Positions 40,732-50,236 of a DNA stretch of 64,000 nucleotides are shown here, in pieces. A model generated the notes under the pieces. The model worked only from the letters and a program-made list of their open reading frames with translations, made no database searches and was not told the origin of the DNA. Within the stretch, counting starts at the first letter, position 1. Each line of letters begins with the position of its first letter. Origin of the DNA: Iphione sp. A-MEVVRFRX5. Its lineage: Eukaryota. The position numbers and the translations under genes were made by a program. The stretch spans positions 38,192,001 to 38,256,000 of the forward strand of contig OZ320322.1 in NCBI GenBank assembly GCA_976226885.1. The letters run 5' to 3'.

Positions 40732-43295
40732 TTTGCCAGCGCGTCCTTCTTCGCCATCATCCCGTTCACTAGAAAGTTCAGAACATGCCGAAATTTCAAC
40801 GGCGTCGCGTCGGGCGCGGCTTGTTTGTCTAAGGTTGTTATTTTCTATCTCCTCGCCAAACAATCCGCCGCGCCGAAGGCGCAGAGAGAGTGGGAAGCTT
40901 GCGAGTGTATATTTGTAGGTTATTTTTGCGTCGGCGTTGATATGAGTTTTCGTTCGAGTGTCTGGCTGCTGGTGGGTAGTGATAATGGCGCGTCCCGTCC
41001 GGTCCCGGCTTCCCCGCCTCAGACGTTGCCATGCTCTTTGCCGCATCCAGCAACCGCCAAACAATAGTTCTCACTCTTGTCTATATGTGTTCTATTGTCC
41101 TCCACCCCTTCGACGCTCGCGCAGACAGTTTGAGGAGAGACAAAGTCCACGTAAATCAATGTAAAGCAAGCGAAGGGAAAATAAAATAGCAAATATGATG
41201 GAAATGACAGTGATGCGCGGGGGCTCAGAGGTGGGAAGTGATAGGCTTTGCCACTGGGCCACAGCACAGAGAGGCAGGGCCTTTGTAAAGCGGGGAATAT
41301 TCTATGAGGGGAGGCAGCTTCCCTCACCCCTCCGCCCATGTATCAACATAATGCAATCGTAATTAATATTTAAAATTGCACTTATGCAGCATGTCTTGGA
41401 CAGACGACCAGTGCGATCATAGTGGTGATCCTGGTCCACATGCTAGTCATGTTCCGCATTTGTATATGAAACTGCAACTCTTGTGTTTTGCTCCGAATTT
41501 AAAGTGCATTTCCCCGTAAGAAAATATCAGTAAAGGTACAGCGGGACAACAAGCAAACCTATGGCCTTACGATGAATTAATCACCAAACAACATACAGGA
41601 TATCATTTTTCGCACACCCATCTTTTCTACAGAAAAGAGCTACTGGTACCATATGCCATGCATACATTTATTTTATCTTTACATTCAAAAGTGTCTAAAA
41701 AGACGCCTTTTTGTTGGATCTCAAGACCGATATATACAGACCGGTTTTCAACTCTTTAACTTGAAATAATGCCCTTTGAAAATGCAGAACGACATGCAAT
41801 ACATTCTAATGGATGCAATGTTCCTTTCTCCCGCCTAGCTGTATTTTGCAAATAATTACCAATCAGCCGAGTTGTCACTTATCTTTTTTGAGCCCTTTTC
41901 CCGAGCCCCGTTTGCACACCCGGCTGCCATAAGTCTTCACATGGGGTCCGCAAGATGTTGAACCTGGCTTCTGCCGAAGAAGTATGGGAACACCTGCTTC
42001 GTATTCTGAAAGGAACTTGTACGAAAGTAAGACCAGGCCTTTGATTAGACGGTGTTACACTATAGTGTGTCTGACCGATGGTCCTCCGGGTAAGACCTAT
42101 AGATAACGCTCCTCCAGGGTGGAAATCGCGTGCATGGCTGGAGGGTCCCTCTCGCCCACCGCCTCCGTACACACGGCCAGAAATTCCATCAGCAGCACCG
42201 GCACTTCATTGATTGATTGATTTTAATTGAGCACAAGTTTCATCACAACAGGGTGGCTTTCAAACAAGACTTAAAATGTTACATAGATTGTCAGATACAA
42301 TATAAACTAAAAACGTCTGTGTCTTAATGGAGCAACTGTTGTGTAGTATGTTTCGCGTATTGTAAAGCCACATTTGCCCCCTTCAGATGAGATCATGTTT
42401 TTTTCTGCATTTAATATTATCTTAATTCTAGCCTATTTGAACTTAATATTTTCGGTTAACATATCTGTATCAAAATCTATTCAGGTGATATGATTTATCG
42501 TGAAGCGACGCGAATGTATCTAGCGGTGGCGGTTTGAGAATTTTGAAATTAAGTTTAACAGTTGAAGTTGCACGAAGTGAATTTGGGCTCCTCTGAAAAT
42601 AGTGCTGTCAAACTGGTGGTCGGTTTGTGTATAATCCTTCATTTTCTCAATCACATATTTGTCACTAAGGGCATTGCGGTGATAGTAAGAAACCGTATAT
42701 ATTATGAAAACTTTTAAGACATTTGAAAACAACGTTGATTTAGCTTCATCCAATAGAATGATCCATCGTACCGCAATGTAGGATGCTCGAAAGCGAAAGA
42801 ACAGACCATATGATTCGAGAACTGTTTCTCTTCATATGCGAACAATTTAGTTTAAACGTTTAATACCGGCACTGAAACAAGCAACTTATATTCTTAGATA
42901 TGTCCACAATGTCCATCACTTTTCACCCTCCTCCTCCTTTTTGCCTTTTCAAATTTCACCTAATTTTGCGACAGTTTGGTAGGATTGCTTCAACCACTAC
43001 AAAGTCTCCCTAGTTCTGTTTCACTATAGAAGCATCAGCCTCAGTATCAAGTGAGTTTATATAATTCGAAAATGAACTTCCTGTGCGCGGGTCTACATAA
43101 ATCCTCTATACGCACTCTATATTGATATACGTATAGATATTTTATAACATGAAATTGCGCTTCGTGCATGCTCGGAGGTAATTACTTATACTTGTCTAGA
43201 TTTCGTGTTAGTTTTGCCACCTGTAAGTTTGAACGGGGTTGAAAGCTGTCTGTTGTCGAAGACCTGACTCGTGAGCTCCAGTGTGCCGACCGTGG

Positions 43296-43314
43296 TGCGC
43301 ATTTGTCAGGTCCC
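43296..43314 (+). promoter_or_regulatory. TGCGCAT-N6-GGTCCC motif copy
   Basis: tgcgcat ttgtca ggtccc ga. Confidence 0.7.
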
Positions 43315-43403
43315 GACCACGGACTGGGCCAAACTCCGGACCAGCTCTCTCGGCAACCGGTCTGAAGCAAACCGGGCCGCGCCAGCGGAAAAACAGGGCT
43401 CAC

Positions 43404-43442
43404 CATAGGAGAAAGTTTTTCTCGTAAGAAACCAAAGAACAT
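43404..43442 (-). CDS. Candidate alternative first coding exon (MFFGFLREKLSPM), phase 0
   Basis: gggATGTTC...CCTATG|GTGAGC, 39 nt open frame. Confidence 0.33.
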
Positions 43443-43809
43443 CCCTGCTTAAGTTAGAACGTTGATATATTTAACACCAACGCTACACATTGTTATTGAA
43501 ACAATCCTTTACTGAGACTATTTGTATTCTCATTGTCACAAAAAGACAATAAACAGAGCAGAACAGATTGGAAAAGAGAAATGCTTACATTCTGAATTCC
43601 CTCGATGACAACTGGAAATGTAATGTGAAAGACAGAGAATTCTTTGCAGTGGTCTCCTGTGTCTTGTCAAAACAACTTCTGAGTTCCCTACAATTCCAAA
43701 GTAAGCAGATCACCTGTTTTTATATGTACAGTACATGTATAGAGACGTATACACACCATTTGAGGCGAGCAACACTATCTGCTGATGATACCACCCTCTA
43801 AAAACATAC

Positions 43810-43956
43810 GAAGAGTATAACAAGCAGTCCTTGTGATGATGGAGGGTCTAAGATACTCTTGCTTATATAATATCCATTACTTTTGATAGCAGTCGTGGTG
43901 TTTACAGGGACTGTTCTTTTCGGTTTCCCTTTGGGCTGGTGTCTTTTGCTCATCAT
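43810..43956 (-). CDS. Candidate alternative first coding exon, 49 aa (MMSKRHQPKGKPKR...QGLLVILF), phase 0
   Basis: ATGATG 14 nt downstream of motif copy 43970; open frame to TTC|GTATGT. Confidence 0.22.
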
Positions 43957-43969
43957 CTGTTTTCTCTGA

Positions 43970-43988
43970 TGCGCATCTGACCGGTCCC
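43970..43988 (+). promoter_or_regulatory. TGCGCAT-N6-GGTCCC motif copy
   Basis: tgcgcat ctgacc ggtccc ga. Confidence 0.7.
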
Positions 43989-44211
43989 GACGGTAGACTT
44001 AACTTTCGCCAAAGTCCCAGTTATCTCAAGAGAGCAACTTTAAGCAACTTTGGTCGGGTACATCGGCAGTTTTTATTCCACAGAACTGGATTTGATCCTC
44101 ACCTAAATTGTAATATCAGGTGCAAGTGTCAAAGTGGTTTGGTAGCTTTCAAAGGTTCTTAGTTCTGTCATATTAGAAGGGCATTAACCACATGCACATG
44201 TATAAACTTAC

Positions 44212-44277
44212 GATAAAGAATGTTGTCTTTATTAAGAATGGACTTTGCTTCCATTTTATGGTTTGGGGTAATCTCAT
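44212..44277 (-). CDS. Candidate alternative first coding exon (MRLPQTIKWKQSPFLIKTTFFI), phase 0
   Basis: gacATGAGA...TTTATC|GTAAGT; donor about 420 bp downstream of motif copy 44630-44648. An internal out-of-frame aaaATGG would instead give phase 1. Confidence 0.33.
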
Positions 44278-44629
44278 GTCATCTCTGGTACTATATGCTT
44301 ATCATATAAGGCGATACGTGAATTTCTCACTCTGAATAAAGGCAGTAAATTCCGCACCTCGAAACCATTCTGGACAACTGTCCCTGTTTGCCCTCCGCAT
44401 GAGGTGCTCAAAACGTCCTATAAATCAAGTTGATATATTGGTGCAGATATCTGAAACTCCAGTGAACTTGAATTCGTCTAACTGGTCGCAGTCAGTCTGA
44501 GAAATGTGGAATTTAGTATTAACAATAGTATGCGTAGAGACAGCGTTTTTTCTTAAAACCTTCACTGGGAAGTATCAAGTTCTTGCTCTCGGTGGCCTGT
44601 CCAATGCTCAACACATTCAGTTAAGATGG

Positions 44630-44648
44630 TGCGCATGAGACAAGTCCC
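44630..44648 (+). promoter_or_regulatory. Motif copy with one mismatch (TGCGCAT-N6-AGTCCC)
   Basis: tgcgcat gagaca agtccc ga; shares 18/20 nt over the GTCCC half and downstream flank with copy 43970. Confidence 0.65.
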
Positions 44649-45048
44649 GAGGGCAGACTTAACGACGACAAACTACAACATGGCCGTATGGAAGACACTC
44701 TTCTTGATCGACTTGAATAGAATTGTCAGTTTTTTATTTTTACCCTGGACACAGTGAAGGCTCAATGATGAGCTATTGCTATGTGTATATCGATGTGCAC
44801 ATGTCAACTGATTCAATCACACATACTTGAATTACTTTACGCAGATTTTAGAAAATCATCTGTCCCGGCGAATTTAAACATTCATCAAACTGTCAGGTGC
44901 GTGTGCATTGTCCTTTTCAAGTACACCTTGTGTTTTTTGTTGTTGTTGTTGTTGAGCCGGATGTTTTTAAATGGTAGAAAACCAGAAAGAAACCGATTAT
45001 AAAAATGAATCACGAAGATGTATCTGAGAAACACAAAAAAATACTCAC

Positions 45049-45090
45049 ATTGTGAGCATACCGAATGTTGTGTACGTGAGTCCACGCCAT
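45049..45090 (-). CDS. Candidate alternative first coding exon (MAWTHVHNIRYAHN), phase 0
   Basis: ataATGGCG...CACAAT|GTGAGT; donor about 500 bp downstream of motif copy 45549-45567. Confidence 0.4.
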
Positions 45091-45548
45091 TATATACAGC
45101 TTGCGCTTCCATCTCGATGCACGCAGACTGTTCAGCAAGTCTTGCACCACTGCGATGAAACTTTTTACAGTAGCAAATTCAAACAAGAGGTAGCGGCACG
45201 TCTCTGGTTCTTTCACTGAGAAAAATATAATACCCGCAGTATTTGAGAAAAGTGCATATTGAGAACCAGTTTTGCAAAATGCTTTTGGGGGTTTTGCGAC
45301 AATCTCCCCATTGGTCCTGCAGGATACAAGACGCTTGACCACACGGCCAGTCTGAGTTTCTGACCCCCATCTGTTTCTTCATCCTCTCCATGTCAGAGCC
45401 GTAAGTAGCACCTTTCCCCTTTTCCTCAGTTGTTCTGATATTGAAGAACCTTGCTGGACGGTTTCCACTATGGATCTACTCAGTTTGGCTCTTCTGAAAG
45501 GGCTTGGTGTTGGAGCCTTGTTGCGTGCTCGTCACTGATTTTAACTGA

Positions 45549-45567
45549 TGCGCATGTGACAGGTCCC
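45549..45567 (+). promoter_or_regulatory. TGCGCAT-N6-GGTCCC motif copy
   Basis: tgcgcat gtgaca ggtccc ga; on the minus strand it is followed directly by an Inr-like TCAGTT. Confidence 0.7.
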
Positions 45568-47695
45568 GATATCATTCCCTGTCAGCACCAACGCCAGTGT
45601 CTACGCGGTTGACCAGTCCCAATTATATTAGTTTAGTATCACTACAATTTCTCCATTGAGATAACAGACATGTACCATCTTTCGTGCAGTACCTTGAATC
45701 AGTTTCCATAACTGAAAGCCTTTCCACGTATACTGTAGTATATATTTCCATATGGCTACTTTTCTTGCATGTATTATGTATTTTGGTCTACTCATGTACG
45801 TGTGGGGGTGCCCTATTTATCATATTCATGTCAGCGTTAAACTATGGTTACATGCGCATGATTTTTTTTTCACTTTTGTGCATATCAATATAGCGCTGTC
45901 AAACCACACATTTTACCATCACACTCTCATATGGGTATAGGCATACGAGTATATATCAGAAAAAGTACAGATGGACCAACCCAAGACATTCCATTGTATC
46001 TTTGAGGCCACCAGGGCAATTTTAAAATCTATATTTAAAGTACATGTATCCTCACATTGTATATATGAAGTACATATATACTGATTTTCTAATTTTCAAA
46101 GTTTTGTTCTGCCATCGAGGCTAAACCCAGTTATGTGAGTTTGTCTCAACACGATATAGTTGACTTGTATTTGCCCCATACATGTACATGGACGTAACAT
46201 ACAAACGGGTCATAATGTGGTCAGCATTAGAATATATCACATGTACTTGGAAAGAGCTTGTTCTATACTGTTCCATATTGTACATCTACATATACATCAT
46301 TCTGGTTATGTCTGCGGTCCACCTAGTAAGTTGCAGTTGACTACACTCGCAAATATAGATGACAAATATATGTACATGTACATCGTTCAAATATTGGTCA
46401 CTGTTCACACTCTATGAATGAGATGGATGTAAATATACCAAAATCACTTTAATCAGCCCGTTTAGGGCCAGAACAGGTACCAGATCAGTACCACTATAGG
46501 GCAAAGGTGTCTGGCTAGACATTTCTCAAAGGGTAAGAGATACTACAGAATGATCCTTTTCCAGACATATTACACAATAGTATCCATATGAGTATGAATT
46601 ACTGTTGTTCATACTGAAATGGTGAGGCATCATTCGTCCTAATATGTTATGATAATGCTGATTAATTTCAACCACTAATTCTCACCAAAGGTGAATTTAT
46701 CTTTGAACAAGGTGATCACATTGATATTTTACAGTGTTACCTGTCGAACGCCTAAGGTAAATAGATATGCAACAATGTTCGTAATTAATGCTAAACACTA
46801 ACTTTTTACAGTTGTAAGACAGTAGAAGGGGCCAGTAGAAGAGGACATATTGAACCGTCTGGGATGCTGACAGTTCTTCGATGATCACATAATGTGTCAT
46901 ATTTATTACGTACCCTTATTGGGAAAGGCTTTTTTTCAAATAGCATTGGATTCGGTGATAGCCTTTGCCTGGTATTCGGACTATTTTATGAGAGATCTCT
47001 ACACTACATAAGATTTTCTACTTCTAATTCCCATAAAGGAAACAGGGATTAAACATTATAGACCGACCTAGTCATCCATATGTGAAACCAATGACTGGAA
47101 GTGTCCAATTTATTTTTCAGTATCAAGTTAAACTTTTTTCTCATAAGAAAATGTGAAGACATGTTCACTTTAATAACCTGTCATTTATTTCACCTTCATT
47201 AAAAAGGCCTGCTTCTAAGTATATATATATATATATGCATATATGTGTGTATGTGTATACATGTACATCGTGTGAGATGTGTACCATTTGCGCGTATAGT
47301 TACGAGCAAGTATATGTAACTGTGAATGTAACTTTTACATCAAACAATATATTTTAAATTTCAGTGTTTTTAGCATCATGAGATTTGGCTGAAAGTCTTG
47401 ACGAATACACTTAAATGAAGTCTAACATTTTAGGTTATATTTTGAGTCAGACCAACAGTAACTGTCCCCCACCCTTCAAGTTTACACCAAACTGACCGTG
47501 AAGGTCGGGGTCACGTGAACGCTCACTCGTTATTGATGAATATTGATGATCTCACGTGATCACTAGCCAATAGCGGCACCGTCCGCAGTGGCGTATGGGT
47601 ACCGTTACTCGCCCATGATTGGTTTAGAAGGACCGGTGGGCGGGCCTTGTGGTCTACCGCTTCAGCTTGATCGGCCAAGCGTGGCAGCGGTGGTG

Positions 47696-47791
47696 ATGGG
47701 CATATTGGTGTTTAAAGTAGGAAAGAAGGGGGCTAACACTAAGGCAAGGGAGAGAGGCTGGCCGACAACAAAGGGTCGCAGATCTCAGCAG
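47696..47791 (+). CDS. Candidate first exon of a divergent plus-strand unit (MGILVFKVGKK...GRRSQQ), phase 0
   Basis: gtgATGG, 96 nt open to CAG|GTATGT, downstream of an E-box/CCAAT/GC-box cluster at 47510-47650. Confidence 0.25.
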
Positions 47792-48283
47792 GTATGTGGG
47801 CCATTCATACCATATCCACTGTGTAACGCTTGCGTTTGAAGTGTTTTTTTTCATGCTCTCGATTTATTGATACAGACCGAATGACTCATGGAGCCTGAGA
47901 ACTTGAGGTGTATGGATAAGGCTTTGTGGTACAGGATATCTAATCAAAAGTACTGAAAGTGGTGGAGTTTCTGTCCGGTACACGTATACTAGGCGCAAGT
48001 TTGCTCATAATTCGTAAAAATATTTTGATATAAATAGAGAATATGAAACAATTTTTATCAACCATGTCAAAAATAATTTTTGTTCTTCACGGTTTCATAT
48101 AATCTAAGCTCATATATTAATCTTGAAAATATGTTCAATAGCATATAGATGTCATTAATCGCAAGAAGATATTGGTTGTCCCAATACTGCAGAAGCTAAG
48201 TTGATTTGTTGGGCAAGCGTTAGCTTGAGGTCCCTTCGAGACAGGCCTGGCAACACATCTAGTGAATATTTATGAGTTTGAGG

Positions 48284-48335
48284 CACGTGGCACTCCACGA
48301 GCCAATGGCATTCTAACAACGTGACCATGACGTCA
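48284..48335 (+). promoter_or_regulatory. E-box-12bp-CCAAT composite plus perfect CRE (TGACGTCA, 48328-48335)
   Basis: CACGTG gcactccacgag CCAAT ... TGACGTCA. Confidence 0.45.
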
Positions 48336-48836
48336 TTTGCTAGCGTGCCGTGTGCAACCAGTTTATGAAAACGGCTTGACGCATTTTATAAAACCTGCGT
48401 CTGAAATATATTATAGCATCTTAGTGGGATTATCAGATATCTATATGCTATATACTGAGCTTATTTACTCGAAGCTGTGTATAATACCTAGAAATGTGCT
48501 TATTGAATTTAATTTATTTAATACTTGGTAGGTTCATACCAAATACTGGCGTTGTCAGGTTGAAATTCAGTTCGGGAAACAGCGACTTGACCAATCAAAT
48601 TTGAGGCATTTAGTCACGAGTCAGGCTGCCGGTAGCTACAATGGGCAACTGTGTATCGCCTGGTGCTCATGAATATGTATGTTGCAATAAACCACGTGCT
48701 CGGCATCCCGTGGCCGCCAGCCAACCACCGCTGAGTACTGGGCCCTAGATTGTAGTCACGTGATCGACGAGCTTGTTTTTCATTGGACGTGTCTTGTAAA
48801 TAACGGTAACGGCCTGCGCGGCATTGCTCGTTTGGG

Positions 48837-48848
48837 ATGGTACCGAAG
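48837..48848 (+). CDS. Candidate micro first exon of the plus-strand unit (MVPK), phase 0
   Basis: gggATGGTACCGAAG|GTAAGC after a CCAAT/E-box cluster at 48590-48790. Confidence 0.25.
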
Positions 48849-49213
48849 GTAAGCACTGGATGGGGGGAGGGGAGGGGGGGCTAATGGGGAGTACTCGGTG
48901 GGAGGAAACCCTGGAGAACCATAGATGAAAAAATACGGGGGATTCTTATTCTGGGGGAGATTATATGAACACTCGCGCGATTAGTCTAATTATACAATGA
49001 CAACAACTATAAGTCGGGGGAATACATATATCTCAAAATTATAAAATACTAAATCCTGGCTTAATAATGTGAATAATGTATCTCATAGATCCTTTGTGAG
49101 GATGGAAATCATCCAACGAAGTATCCTGTGATCTCTGCTGCCTGCAATAAGAAAACCAGCCAAGTGGAACGAGTGGCATCTTCCCCGTGACGCATCACTG
49201 AATCTTGGTATGG

Positions 49214-49232
49214 TGCGCATGTGCAAGGTCCC
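49214..49232 (+). promoter_or_regulatory. TGCGCAT-N6-GGTCCC motif copy
   Basis: tgcgcat gtgcaa ggtccc ga. Confidence 0.7.
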
Positions 49233-49315
49233 GACGAGTTCCCCTGTCCACGGCCGAGCGTCTTCCCGGCGTCCGGTGGGTCGTTACGCCTCATTAATAT
49301 TAATGAGCTTAGCGT

Positions 49316-49337
49316 CACGTGATAGCGTACAACCAAT
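49316..49337 (+). promoter_or_regulatory. E-box-11bp-CCAAT composite
   Basis: gtCACGTG atagcgtacaa CCAAT, about 85 bp from motif copy 49214. Confidence 0.55.
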
Positions 49338-49998
49338 AACATTTGACCTCGCGTTTCGAGGATGACGGGGTCGGTCTTTATTAGTTGTAGCGGGTGGGAA
49401 TGGACGTTTTATAAGCTCGTTTTACATAGGCTTGTGTAAACGTACGGGGCAAATGACACTGTAAAATTCGATCGGGACGAGCCAATATGACATCTGGGCA
49501 TAACGCAACTTTTAGTTCTTAGGTGATGTTTATGTTAGATATGAACATTCTAAGTCATTATTTATGTAAAAGTATGAGATGGGAACATTTCCTGTGATAT
49601 TCCATGTGGAAGCTAATTATACATGAAATTCGCTGCCCACACTTGATTAACATTGTGACCAGTTCTGTCAGCCTGCGCAATTACCTTTATGGATTTAATT
49701 TTGTTTTTATATCTTTCGTCGATTGTTTGTCCTGCTTTGACGCCCGCATTTCAATTACACCTTCATAACCAGAGAAACACCTGATCCCTCTTGCTGCTCC
49801 CCCCTCCCTCCACAAACGTTCATTTGAAGAGGACCAGCCGCGAACCTGGTCTCGAGTCTGAAATGAATATTTATCACACATACCGGTCACATGCCACAAA
49901 TCATCCAATCCGCTTGTAGATGATGTCACCCTAAACCCAAGAACGCACGCAACACGCGACGAAAATGCGTTCTTTTCATTGGTTACTTCCCATCCTTA

Positions 49999-50236
49999 CC
50001 ATATAAGGAGAGAGCAAGCGGGAAAGGCACTGAACAATGGGCTGTTACATTCATGCTCATCCTCATTTATTATCATTTATCAGTAAGAGCATGTGTTAGT
50101 GACTGACTACCTGCAATTGTGTCAAACTATTGTATTTATGACTATTTGTGAGGACCAAGGAAGGTTAATCGTCGATTGGCTGCCAGTGCCCGGGTGTAGG
50201 TCAGTGACCCAGTTCGTCATGCCCAAATAAGGAAGT
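49999..50236. promoter_or_regulatory. Two perfect CArG boxes (49999-50008, 50223-50232, the second overlapping GGAAGT) flanking an IR1/RORE-like element (50198-50214)
   Basis: CCATATAAGG; CCAAATAAGGAAGT; AGGTCAgTGACCCagtt. Confidence 0.5.

Noticed and set aside
43310-43330. RE1/NRSE-like sequence GTCCCGACCACGGACTGGGCC
   Set aside because: Only the right part matches; the TTCAGC left half is absent.
40705-45090. Naming the gene (loose resemblance of MASCVVSDG to ERG/FLI1 or IRS N-termini, of MAW- to PGC-1alpha, and of the Gli sites plus alternative first exons to Patched)
   Set aside because: Matches of 3-5 residues are not significant and no conserved domain exon is present in the window.
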